Assembly (NCBI GenBank): GCA_036172245.1
Contig: JAYWIR010000007.1
Location: 3,286,001 to 3,350,000, forward strand
Direction of reading: 5' to 3'
Source: Raillietiella orientalis
Lineage: Eukaryota
DNA length: 64,000 nucleotides
In this document: positions 22,875 to 35,011 of the stretch, one piece after another
How positions within the stretch are numbered: the stretch's first letter is position 1
How the letters are laid out: every line of letters begins with the position of its first letter
Position numbers and translations under genes: made by a program
Notes under the pieces: model-generated
Database searches by the model: none
Seen by the model: only the letters and a program-made list of their open reading frames with translations
Told to the model about the DNA's origin: nothing

Positions 22875-25800
22875 GAACTTCTCTGTGGCCATCGAGGCGA
22901 GGCACAACTACCGCCTACAGGCAATGCTGGCTCTTCTACTGAAGATCTACCTCAACGAGGTGCTGGACTATCCCAACGTTGTGCTGGTGGACGCCCCCAT
23001 CAGCGAGGGGCTGCAGAACAACTGCAACCGACCAGAGGTGGCAGGGGCAGCCGCGCAGGGAGGCGCTGCGGGCCGCTTTGCCTTGAGGGAGGGAACGCTC
23101 CCGTCTCAGCCATCGGCCCGGTCCAGGTAAGGAACAGCAAGCAGTCCTCGCACCGGTGCTGTCGCTGGGCCCCTTCCATAGCGGGGGGGTCTCACTCCGT
23201 CTCCAGTTTCCTTTCTGGGTGGACAGAGCGCCACCATCCGTCTGTCCCTCATTCCTCCTAGCTCCGATTCCTCCACTGCCTCCGTCCTTTCCTTTCTTCT
23301 TTCTCCCTTTTTCTCCTATGTGTGAAGGAACCGACGGCCTAGTGGCATCCTGATGAGCTTCTCTGATCCTTTCAAAGGGAAGGGGAGGAAACCTCGGTCG
23401 AAGACCACCCTTTGCCGAAGAGGGAGACCCCTCAGAGACAGCGTGGCAGCAGGGAACGAACTGACCATGGTTTCCACCGAAAAAAGGAGAGGGAACCGGC
23501 ATTTTTCCCGTCACCCTGCGGCGCCGTCTCCTGGAAATGAGTTGACCCCAGGAACTCGGAAGAGGAAGGCAAAGCAGTCGCTTCCGTCGCCACGCCGTAA
23601 CACCCTGGGTCCCAATTTTCTGGTTTTACCCTCTGCTCTCGGGAGAGGAAGGAACGAGCCGGGAAGACGGAGAGGACTACGGAGCGCAACTTGTTTCTGG
23701 AGTCCCAGGAATATCAGCTCCCTTTTTTTCCCAGCTCCCTTGCCTCCAAGAGAGCTGGAGACGTTCTCCCTACAATACATAGGAGGAGAGCGTCTCCAAC
23801 TCGAATTGCTGCTCCTCCCCTGAGGGGGAAGAATGAGCAGCGTGGTAGGCTCTCCTACCTCAGGAAGTCCCCGTTACTCCCCTTCCCTTCCGTCTAGCAC
23901 GCTCAGAAGCTTCGCTACCCCTACTCTCCTAGTCAAGAGACGAGTCCTCCCCAAGTGTAAGCGAAAAATGGGGTGCCCAGACTTCCCTTCCTAATGCAGG
24001 AATGAGGGGAGAGATGGGGAGAGGAATTGCCAGTGGGAGTTCTTCTCCTCACCTGTTGCGCCTTTTCCCTGAGCTTGTGGCTTCCAGCTCGGCGTGCTCT
24101 CTCTCGAGGACGATGGTCAACTTGGAGTCGTGGATTCCCCTAGGCAGTTCCGCGGAGCCCCCAGACGGAACCCTCGTAGACGCCGGGTTCCTGGGCATCC
24201 TCGGCAGGTAGCGGTGCTCTTCCCCTTCCTCGTCTCCTTCTCCTCCTGTTCAGGGAATCCTGGTTTGCCCCGGCGTACCTGGAGGAGCGTCCCATCCGGA
24301 ACCACTGGCGAACGTTCCAGAACCTCGAAGACGCCAGCTTCTTCCACGTCAACCTATCCGAGTACCGGGATCACCTGCTGGAGGGAGGACGCAGGTAGAA
24401 GAGAGAGGGAAAGCGCGACAATGGACGGGGAGGACGGGGAGCCGTGCATTCGCCTTTTCCCTCTTCCGCCGTGGACAAACGCAGAGGCGCTGCCCAAGAT
24501 GACTCAGACGGGTGCTTGTTTTGGAGGGAGGACGAGGCGGGCCGCAGCCTGCCTCCTCCTGGGCTGATGGCATCTCCTGGAGGCGCGAACGTGAAAGAAG
24601 GAGGGATGGAGCACAGGGAAATCCACAAGCGGAGAGAATGAGAAACGCCATCTTTCCTAAGCCCTACGGGAAGACATGGACTACCTGGTGGGAAAGAAAG
24701 AACGGAGGGTAGAGGGGGCTGCACCATGCTTATCGTCTCCTTCCTCCTACTTTGGGGCTCCTTTCCTGTTCCAGAGACCCGGATGGCTCCTGCTTTCTGC
24801 ATCGCCGTTTTTCCTTTCCACCAGTAGAAGCTGCTCAGGTACCCGTCGCAAGTCAGGCGCCTCGTCAGCCGCCCAGAGTGAGGCGACCCTCAGGCTCTAC
24901 CTATTTGAAGGAGGGAAGGTTGAGGGGGAGGGACTCAGTCCCGTGAGGACGGACGCGGAGAGATTCTTTCCCTCTTCTCCTCCTTATCCTGATACCGACG
25001 GCGTCGGTAGCCCGAAGCGAGGCTCTTCATGAAGCGAGGGAGTAGGCGCCAGAAAAATCAGGCACTCAGAGCGTCATCCAAACGGAAAACAACTAGGCGG
25101 TGCGCCGTGGCATCCTCACTGAGGGTGACCCAGGCAACCGACTTCCGAAGATGCTTGCATCAGCCCCAGCGAAATGTGCGCCCCGATGATAGCCTTCACC
25201 CTCATCGCTCTCTTCCTCCCTCACATCGTTGTCGTTTCTATCTCCAATTCTCTGTCTCCTACTCCTTCACACCCTCACCATCATCACCACAATTTCTCTT
25301 TTTCCTCCTCCTCAGTCCTTCTGGTATGCAATTGTTCTTCCGGAAGCGCTGTCGCGGAAATTCCTCAGGAGAAACAGCGGAAGGGAATCCAAAGAGATGC
25401 CGCAGGGACGCTTGTACTCCCCACTTCTCTTCTCCTCCCTCCTTTTCCTCGAAAAGGGAAAGTCAGCGCAAAGCAGAGGCTTCATCTGTGAATTCCTTTC
25501 TTCTTCCCGGGTTTCGCGTTGCTGGGATCGGAGTCAGCAGGGGTGTCAGTGAGGAGGCGTGGTCTGGTTCCCTTTCTCTCCGTCGACTTACCTCAACTAG
25601 GTCGGTGTCGGCGGCAGCAGCAAGAGTCCTTCCGCTGTGCGGCTACTGGGACCTTCCGTAGAAGAGGTCGCTCCCTCCCCGCTTTCTGTGTTTCCCTCTG
25701 TCCTCGCTCCTGCAGAAGGGAATCCAAAGGGGGAAATCCCTCGTGCTTGTGGTTGATGCCGAAAAGGGGAAGAGTGCGTGCATATGCGGTGCTGATGAAG

Positions 25801-28800
25801 GAAGAGGAGGAAGAGGGGCGTGGCTTCATCACCTCCGCCTCTCTTCGCCCCTGGCGCAGCGCTGCCCGTTTTGCTCAGGTGAAGCTCGCCTTTCCCCCCA
25901 GATATGACTGCGAGGAGCAGTCCGGATGCAAACAAGGGATTTACAGCCCCCGACACTGCCCCCAGACGCTGAACGCTGGGAGCAACGCAACGGAGGTCTC
26001 CTGCGGGACGCTCCTGGCCAGATTCCCGAGCGAATGCAGCTTCCTGGTGGAATTCGTTTCCAAGCACCAGCTATACGTGGAGATCGCATATCTAGGGGTC
26101 GCTCTGGAGACGGTCGTCGAGCGGCTCCTCCGGAGACGGCTCATCTTTGCGCTGTTCACCCGGTCCACGAACCCGGTGCTGGGCTACGGGGATGACTCCC
26201 GGTTCGTGTCCATCTCTATGCCGCCCTGCTCGCTGCCCTCAAGGGTCGAGTGCCTCTTTGGGCACCGATCCATACACAAGCTGGTGAGCCCGGAGATCAA
26301 GAGGGTCGCACCGGACGTTTACCAGGTCAGCGAGAGGGCCCTGGGGTGACCGGACTGCTCCCAGGTCAGGAGGAAGCAGTCTTCTCTTTTCCTCCCTCGG
26401 TTAACGGGGGAAGCTCTAAATGACCTCGTCCCTACGACCTTCTCTCCCCCACCGCAGGCCGTCACTAATATGAAGATCGACGCGCAGATGATGCGCAGCC
26501 TTGGCAGCCTTCTCTCATCCCAGGAGCAGAACCTAGAAGACGCGGCTTGTAGGTTCTACGCGACCAATAGCAACTGGAAGGCGTGGTACCCCAAGAGGTC
26601 CACCGTCGAGATCTACATAGGTGGGATATTCCCCATCACCAGCTGGATCTTTGGAGGGTCCGGAGTGGTCTTGGGTGAGTTCTTTTGGAAGGAGAGGCGG
26701 CAGCCCCACGAGGCGCCACCTGCTGCGGCAGCGCGAGTGCGCCTCGCGCCCGATACGTCGGGGATTCTTCCCCTCGCGCGAGCCCTCCTTATTCTTGCGA
26801 GAGAAGCGTCAGCCTCCCGCGCATGTGCTCCGACAAGGCTTTCGGATCCGCCCGTGGCCACAGGAATCGGCGGTCCGGGAGGGAAGGGAGGGGAAAAAAG
26901 CAAGCTTCCCTGCGCCGGCATCCAGTATGGATGGCGACCAACGGATCGGAGCACCTGCCACTCCCCTGGAAGGCGAAGAACCGTCTCCGGGGAGATCTGT
27001 CGCGTCATCGCCATCTTCCACCCGCGTGTCCTCTGCAATCTCCTCTCCCGCAATACACTGGGACCCTGCGACGGGTCTGCCGATCCTCTGCTGTTCTTTC
27101 TCTGCTTTGGGTACTCCGTTGTTATACCCTCATACTCCCTAATGGGCATGCATGGACTTGGAATATCCCTCTCTAGGGCGAGGGTGACGCGCTCCTTGCT
27201 CTTCATTCAGCTCTTTTATGGTCTGCCTCAATGTCCTGCTGGTACATCCGCGCGGACAGATCAAGCGTGCCATCCTTCTTCGCAGCCATTCGCGGAAATC
27301 CTCGCCACCACGGAAGTTCCTGGAGAGGGGAAAGGAGAAAGGGAAGGGAATAATGTCCCGCGAAGAGCTTTCCCCTGCGACCGTACTTCCGAAAGTCCCC
27401 TGCTTCTTCGAGAGCTCCGGCCTTCTCTGGCACGCGCGCATCCTGTCACGGGTGTCTGGTCGCGTCCGGTGCACGCTGGAACGAGCGGAAAGCGGGGAAG
27501 GACGGCTTCTTTCCACTCACCGACCTCCCCCCCGTTAAACGTGACCGCGACGATCCCTACGCGATCCCTCTGCAGGACCACCCTCCTGCGTCCTCTCAAC
27601 CCACTCTCCCAGCTCGGGAGCGCCGCCGCGCTTCCACGTGCCCGAAGCGAATCCGTTTTGCCCCGAGGCTCTCGAAAACTTCCGACTCGCCGCTGGCCGC
27701 GACGCTTCATAGCCGCGTAGCAAAGCTTCTCCGTCCGACGGTCTGTCTTCATCCTCGCCAGCCGCTCAGATGGCCGTGGAGGCGGTCAACAGCAACAGGA
27801 ACATCCTGAAGCAGTACACCCTGAAGCTGCTGATCGTGGATGGGCACTGCAGGACGGACATGGTGCTGAAGTCCTTCATAGATTTCGTGCTCCTAGAGAA
27901 GTTCAAGTCCATGGTCGGGATACTAGGTGCGTAGGTGGGCTCTAAGCGTCACCTCCCGCCTTCCCGGCTGTCTCCGCAGGTCCGGCTTGCTCCGACACCG
28001 TCGAGCCGATAGCGAGCGTGTCCAAACACTACAGCACCATCGTCATGAGTTACAGCGCGGAGGCCTCCAGCTACTCGGACAGGGAGAAGTACCCCTACTT
28101 CTTCCGGACGATAGGCGAGAATAAGCAGTTCAAGTAAGACCATCCGAGTTCCCACAATTCTCTCAGGAGGTCATCTTCCTGATGCCTTCCTTCGTGAGAG
28201 GATCTGCGGGTGTCTCGCAGGGTGGATTCCCCCCATGCGCTCCCCCTAGCCGCTTCGGAGGAAGCACAATATGCTCTGTCACATGCGTCGCTTCTTCATC
28301 CAAAGGCCGACGGCGCCGTAGCGGTGGCTTCTCTCCCGTCTACTTACCCCTTTGTTCTCACCCTTCCTCCGGGAAGATGGGGCGAACTTTTCGCTGCTGG
28401 ATGCGTCACCGGGAAGAACCTCGCGTGGAAGGAGTGATTCACGGCAGGGAGAACTCCAAAGAGGCGAAAGGTGAGAAACCTTGGATGCATCCGGCGGATG
28501 TCACCGACGGCACTGCTGCTGCCTCCTCCGACGGATTCTTGTAGAGAGAGCAAACAGCAGCCAACTTGCAAGGAAGCTCCCACTTCCCTCGTTCCAAAGC
28601 GAAGAGGAGAGAGGGGATGCAGATCTTTCACAGTCAGCGGTTAAATGGAGAAGGTGAACTCTTGGCCGTATGATCTTACCACAAGAGGAAGAAGAAAATT
28701 TCTTTGCGGCAACAACAGGAGGAATCTGCAGCAAGCGTTTCTGGACTCGCATTTCCAGTTCCTCACGGAAAGGGAAGCTGCCGAGCTGGGCAGGTTTCTC

Positions 28801-31800
28801 GAGGCCTACTTTTCTTCTCCCCTCCTCTGTCTACGAAAACCATCCATCCCTGATTCCCTTTCTTTCGCCGGAGAGATCTCATTATCACATCCACGAGCGC
28901 TGCGTGAACAGTCCGATGTACTGCCAATGAGGCGGCAGGATCGCAACCGTAGGCTCCTGGCATCTCCTGGATATCCCCTCGGGGAATGCGTTTTCGGTCT
29001 GAAGATTGGATTAGCCAGGACTCCGCGCCGACTTGCCAGCAGCAGTCTGGCAAGGGCACTGCGATTGTGGCACCTCTGTCACCTCTTGAACTCGATGGGC
29101 ACTTTTTCTTCTGCTCGAGGAGCCTCCGGAAGTGACTCCTTCCCTCTTCTTCTTCTCTTCCTCCCCTTTCCTCTGCCGACACCAGGGGCGTGCTGGAAGG
29201 GATTACCGTTTCCCGCTGCGAGAAAACTCCACAGAGAGAACTTAGACCCTCCACCGAAGAGAAGGGCGGGGACTTTCGACCACTACGAAATCTTCCGTCG
29301 GGATCGAACGCGTGCTCTACCGAAAGCGATCAGACCTGAAATCCCTCTGGAAGCTTGGGAACGAGGTGGATCTTGCTCCTGGTCTACCCAAAGAGCCAAA
29401 GTGAAGGAGCTAAAGCTACCCTTCTCTCTTTCAAGATTCGTGTATTTCCTGTTCCTGCAAAAGATGGAGTGGAAGAGGGTGGCGGCAATCACTGAGGAAG
29501 GGAAGAAGATCCCGGAATACATCCCCAGTCTCCGGGACATGCTGCAACTGCACAACATCTCATTCGTCACGCACAGGAAGATACCCACAGACAGAACGTC
29601 CAGCAACATGTCTCAGGTGAGTCCTCCGTGTGTTCCGAACGGGCTGGGCGAACACGGTCCCTATCGCTCTGCTTCCCCTCACGAGGTGAACCTGTGGGTG
29701 ACTCTCATCTTCCCATTTTCGCTCCCTTGTGTGTCTCCCTGCCAACTGATCGAGTTTCAGAATACCTTCTGAAACCGTCCTTCGGGTACGAAGTCTTTGA
29801 TGAAAGCTGCTGATCTAGATGCAGATTCAGATTAGCTGCTTCCTCTTTCCTTCCCCTTTCGCCTCTTCCTCTCCTCCTCCTCCTTTCCTCCTCTTCCTTT
29901 CTTCCTTGTCCTTTCCTTTTCCTTTTCCCCATCATCATCGCCGTCGTCCTCGTTGCCGTTGCCATCGTAGAGTTAGCATCAGCATCACATCGTTGTCATC
30001 ACCAACTCATCATCATCATCATGTCCCTTTCCTTCTTTTTCTCTCGACACTCTCTCTCTCCATCGTCGCAGCGTTGAGCGCATAGTCACTGTCCCTGTGT
30101 CCCCCATCACCCAACCAAGAGACATCTTCCTTGTCTCAGTACCTGGACGACCTGATCGACAAGCGAGCCAGGATTATCATCGCGGACGTTCATGAGGACG
30201 TGGCAAACGCCCTCATGTGCGAGGCTTACAAAAAGCATATGACCGGGAAGGAGGGTTTTGTGTGGTTCCTGCCGAGCTGGTTCTCCCACCGGTCCAATCT
30301 GAAGCTGCCGTGCTCGGAGGAAGACATCCGGAAGGTAGGTTCCCTCCTCCCTCCTCCGTCCGTTTTGAGCCACCATAGTGTGGCGCTCTCCCGGAGTCTT
30401 CGGCCTTTCGTAGGGAAGGGGAAATTTCTCGCCGCTTCCTACGCAAAAGGAGGTGCTTCCGAACAAGTGGGCAACCGAATCTCGAGGTTGGACCTCCTGT
30501 CTTCCCACTCCCCCTAGCTCCTCGTGATGGTGGGAGATGGTGGTTCTGGGATTCTCACGAGTAGCACCCTCTCGCCTCGTTGCCAAGGATGCGCCTGTTC
30601 TCCCGGCTTCTCCCGAAAGACCTGCACCTTCGCATGAGCGAGGGGGAGCTCGCTCGCTGCTCCGCGAAGGCTCCGATCCTTGGAGACAGGGGGCGGTGGT
30701 GGGAGTTCCCTCCTGTGCGCGCGCCTACTTTTCCTCCTCTCCTCCCCGTCTATCTCCAACGCGCTCCTGTCTCCTGACCCCTCTTCTCGAATCCCAAGCT
30801 GGGAGGCGTCCCGATTTCGCACTCGTCTCTCTCCTTGACAGAGAAATCGAGGAAGTGGGTCGCGTGTTCTCGGAATTTCTTCCCCTCACGGCCAACCTTC
30901 TCCCTTGGCCACTCTGGACGCCGAATGCTCCGAACGGACCCTGGAGACCCGCTTCTCAGAAGACACTCTTAGAGCCGCCCTGCCGCGGGAGAGCGCGCGG
31001 CTTCTTCCCCGGCCTGCTTCAGAGTTGCCACAAAGGAGCGGAAAGTCGGAGCGTTCCTGGGAGCGGAGAAAATTGGGATCCGGCCTTCCATTCCGAGACC
31101 TCTGCGGGTCAACGGTTCTGTTCACCCCTAGAACGGGGAGGACGATGCGGGCACCAGCGGGAGGCCGCAGCGGTTCCAGCCTCACCCGCGCCCTCCGTCT
31201 GCTGACCACCGGAGGCGAAATCGCTCGGTTCCTTCCCCCTCTCCCTCCCGCAGCTGTTCCGGAGGGCGTGACCCTTTTGCCCAACTTACTTCCAGGCCTC
31301 GGAGGGAGCGTTCGTACTGAGCCACTCGTACTTCTCCAACAACCACACCATCATGCAGGAGAACATCATGGTGAAGCAGTGGCTGGAAAAGTACGTGGAG
31401 ACCATGCAGAAAAGAAACCGCCTGCACGTAAGAGAAGCCGGTGGTGTTTAGAGTTTCAAGCGAGCCCATTCCAGGACCAGACCCTCGCTCCGAAGGAGGA
31501 ATTTTCCATGTACGCAGGATACGTGTACGACGCCGTGTGGACGTATGCCTATGCTCTCGACAAGCTCGTCAAGGACGCGCCAGAGCGCCTGGAGGACCTG
31601 CACACGAAGGACACGGCACAGTGAGTGCGCGTCGCGGACCTCCGCTCCCTTTCGCAGGTGCGCCAGGCCGCGGGTATTTTGGCGAAGGGCCTGCTTTTCT
31701 CCGAGACGATATAGCGCTCGGTCGTTTCCCGGTCGTTTCCAGCACCCCCATCACTTCCCAGGGTGAAGTTTTCGCAAGGGTGGCGACCGGAACCTGGCGA

Positions 31801-34800
31801 GCTCTCGTGAAAGCTCCCCTTTCGTCTGGTCGAAGCCACGGGTCGCTCTGGAGAGGCCGACGAGGCCCCTTCTCACTCCCAGGCGCCACTGGAACCCGCG
31901 CTACCCGTCCAGCTCCCGTCCTTTTAACAATCCCCCTTTCTTAAGCCCAGTCTTTGTCATTGTCTTCTCTTCCTTTTCCCTTATCAATGTTCTTCATCTC
32001 CCTTCCCGAAATCGGTCCTCAGCTGCGCACTCGGACTCCTTGTTGCAGTGCTGGACTTTGTAGAAAGCAGGAATTGACCTGTGTCCGAAGCATGCTGAGA
32101 TGATGGGGATACCAGAGCATGGACTCTGGAAGGGAAAGGAAGGTCAGTTCCAGAGAGCTCACCGGGTCCATCTATCAGCCCCTGCCAGCCTTCGCCGTGT
32201 TTTCTCAGTCGCTGCTCTCTGTGCTGCCGCTACTGGGGGATGCACTGGGGGGAAAGTGCTCAAGAGTGTGGTCTCCTTTCCCACCTTCCGATCTCCCCTT
32301 GAAGCATTCCGAAGGCGCGCTCCCGGCGCCCCCGTTTGCTCTGTCTGAAAGCCCGAACGCTGTTCCCCTCAGGGAGCTCAGCAGGCTGATCAGCGACACC
32401 GACTTCCAAGGTCTTTCGGGAAGGATCCAGTTCTTCGGGGCGTCCCGAGTCGGCAAGGTGGACGTCTTCCAGATCAGGGGCATGGTCTTCCACCAGATCG
32501 GCACTTTCTATCCCAACGCTACTTGCAAGCACAGCGGAAGGTGGGAGGGTGCGAGGGGAGTCGACAAAAGGATCGAGGGGAGATCGGCTCCTGGGGGCAT
32601 CGGTGCGCAGGCTGATCCTGAACATATCGGCCATCGTCTGGCAGACGGCGGACAGGCAGCCGCCCTCAGACGGAACGGATCACAGGTCCATCTGCGTCTT
32701 GGAGAAGTTCAGCAAGATCCTGAAGCTGACCTGCGAGGAGACGCTGGTCATCGCCAACATTCTGGGCTTCTGCTTGTTCGCCGTGGTCCTCATCAGCTGC
32801 TTCGTGATCCTGAAAAGGAGGTGAGCGAGAGTGGGGACTCTCGGAAAGGGAAATGGGGGGGAAGGGGTCAAGTCTTTTCGGTAGCAAGGGATTCTTCGAA
32901 ATTCGAGGTACGAGAAGAAGGTGCAGATGACGGAGGAAAGGATCAAGAACTTGGGGTTCCGCTCCTCCTACAACATCTCCTGCCTCAAGGAGTGGGAGAT
33001 TCCCAAAGAGAGGATCGTTCTCAACAGGAAGCTGGGAGAAGGAGCCTTTGGGAACGTGTACGGAGGGGAAGCGTTCTTCAACGAGAAAGGATGGGTGAGG
33101 AGGAAATGCCCTTCGGACGAAAGTGGCGCCCCCCGATGAGCCCCTGAGAACGCTCGGGTTTGACTGTGGGGGCAATTTTAGATAGCTGTGGCCGTGAAGA
33201 CACTGAAGATTGGCTCCACGCTGGAGGAGAAGCTGGACTTTCTGAGCGAGGCGGAGATCATGAAGCGCTTTGATCACAAGAACATCGTGAAGCTAATGGG
33301 CGTGTGCACCACCCACGAACCCGTCTACACCGTAATGGAGTTCATGCTGTATGGTGAGCCAACACCCTCCGCTATCCGCTGCGTCCCCTGCAGGCAGGCT
33401 ACCCCAGTCTCGCCAAGGGGGCCCAGAAGCAAAGCGGCTTTTGCAGAGTCCCCTTCCGGGTTTTCCAGGTGACCTGAAGACGTACCTGCTCGCTCGACGC
33501 CACCTGGTCAGCGAAAAGAACCACGAAGAGAACGAGGAGGTGTCCTGCCGGCGGCTCACCATGTTTTGTCTGGACATAGCGAGGGCCCTGAGCTACCTCG
33601 CCGACCTGAAATACGTGCACCGGTATTTTCTCTCTTGACCTTCAGGCACGTCCGAAGGGTTCTCACGCTTCCTTCTCCCCCTCTTCTCCATTCCACTCTT
33701 CCTTTTGTGCCAAAAGTGACGTGGCGTGCCGAAACTGCCTGATCAACGCCAACCGGATCGCCAAGCTGGCCGATTTCGGGATGACCCGACCCGTGCACGA
33801 GAAAGACTACTACAAATTCAGCAGGAAAGGTGAACTGCTTTTGCGCGGCGCTGACCTTCCGCGCGTCGTAAGGAACAGTCTTTTTCCTCCCATTTCTCCT
33901 CCTCTTCTTTCTCCTCCTCCCTTCTTCTCTTCTCCTTCTCGTCTTCTTCGTCTTGCTTCTCTTCTTCCTACCGCCTTACAAAGTTTTCTCACATTCGATC
34001 CTGGAACTGAACCGCCCTCAGGTGGAGTCTAAATTTCGGTTTCCCATGGTTGCAGGAATGCTCCCTGTTCGATGGATGGCCCCGGAAAGCCTCGCCGACG
34101 GGAAGTTCACGCCAATGACGGACATCTGGTCCTATGGTGTGCTTCTTTACGAGGTGGTCACTTTTGGAAACTTTCCTTTCCAAGGGCTGAGCAACACCCA
34201 AGTGCTGGAGTACGTGAAGTCTGGCTACACGATCTCCTTCTCGAAAGAGATCAAGCCACAGCTGTAAGTACCAAACAGATGGTGAGACTGGATGTCGAGA
34301 AGGCACGTTCCCAATGCCGCATCCGATCTGCTTGCGAGACCCGTAGGTGATAGGTTGGGAGGGGGGAGATGGGAATGAGGGGAAACTTGAAAGCTCTGTA
34401 ATTGAGATGGCCAGTTCAAAGCGCCGACTTCAGGAGCCTCGCTCCGTTGCCTCCCATGCTCTGGACCTCTTCCAGACGCTTGCCGTTCCCTCTCCCTTCA
34501 CACTGCGCCCCACATTCGGCTCCGTCCTCTCGGGAGATGTCCCTGGCTGGCTCCTACCTTCCTCTTAGTTCCTCTTGCATTTAGGAAAACCCTGATGAAG
34601 TCTTGCTGGAACCGGTGTCCAACCAAGCGTCCTCAGGCGTCCGAGATCGTAGAGCTGCTAGTGAACACCCCCAAGCTGATCACGCCGTGCCCAGAGACCC
34701 CGGTTTCCTTCGCGGAGTTTGAAGAGACCGAGTCCATGCTGCACCCGAACCGGCTGGGCAAGCACACCGGCGGCAGCGGCAAGAAGAAGAACAGAGATCC

Positions 34801-35011
34801 GTCCTCTTCCTGCTCCCTCCGCAAGCATTCCAACACCGGCCACCTTGTAGAGCCCGCGGACAGCTACATCACCAACGTGAACCTGGACCTGCCGAAGAGG
34901 AACGCCTCCTACAAGAATGTGTGCTTTCAGAAAAAGTCCAACTCCCTGTTTTCCTCGGCTTCGAATCCCAGGGATGCAGTTCTCAAGCTGAACAACCAAG
35001 TGTACTCTTAG
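22875..35011 (+). CDS. VKR: Venus kinase receptor (VFT ectodomain + TM + insulin-receptor-like tyrosine kinase), multi-exon; 5' end uncertain
   Basis: Hand-spliced in frame with GT..AG introns: 22875-23037, (23110-23126), 24109-24207, 24254-24394, 25902-26325, 26458-26674, 27762-27926, 27980-28133, 29436-29616, 30140-30334, 31296-31427, 31475-31620, 32373-32540, 32611-32820, 32908-33094, 33182-33353, 33469-33622, 33717-33829, 34056-34263, 34585-35011 (TAG). VFT motifs: IYIGGIFP, AAQMAVEAVN, MVGILGPACSDTVEP, SYSAEASSYSDREKYPYFFRT, YAGYVYDAVW, FQGLSGRIQF. TM: LVIANILGFCLFAVVLISCFVILKRR. Kinase motifs: GEGAFG, VAVK, HRDVACRNC, DFGMTR..DYYKF, LPVRWMAPE, DIWSYGV, CW. A VFT joined to an RTK defines the VKR family. 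Confidence 0.93.

Noticed and set aside
26470..27720. 416-aa ORF as a standalone gene
   Set aside because: Only the first ~68 codons are a VKR exon. The rest is intron read-through past the GTGAGT donor at 26675.
28645..29772. 375-aa ORF
   Set aside because: Contains one VKR exon (29436-29616) plus intron. The YEIFRRDR peptide may be a LINE endonuclease relic but is too short to call.
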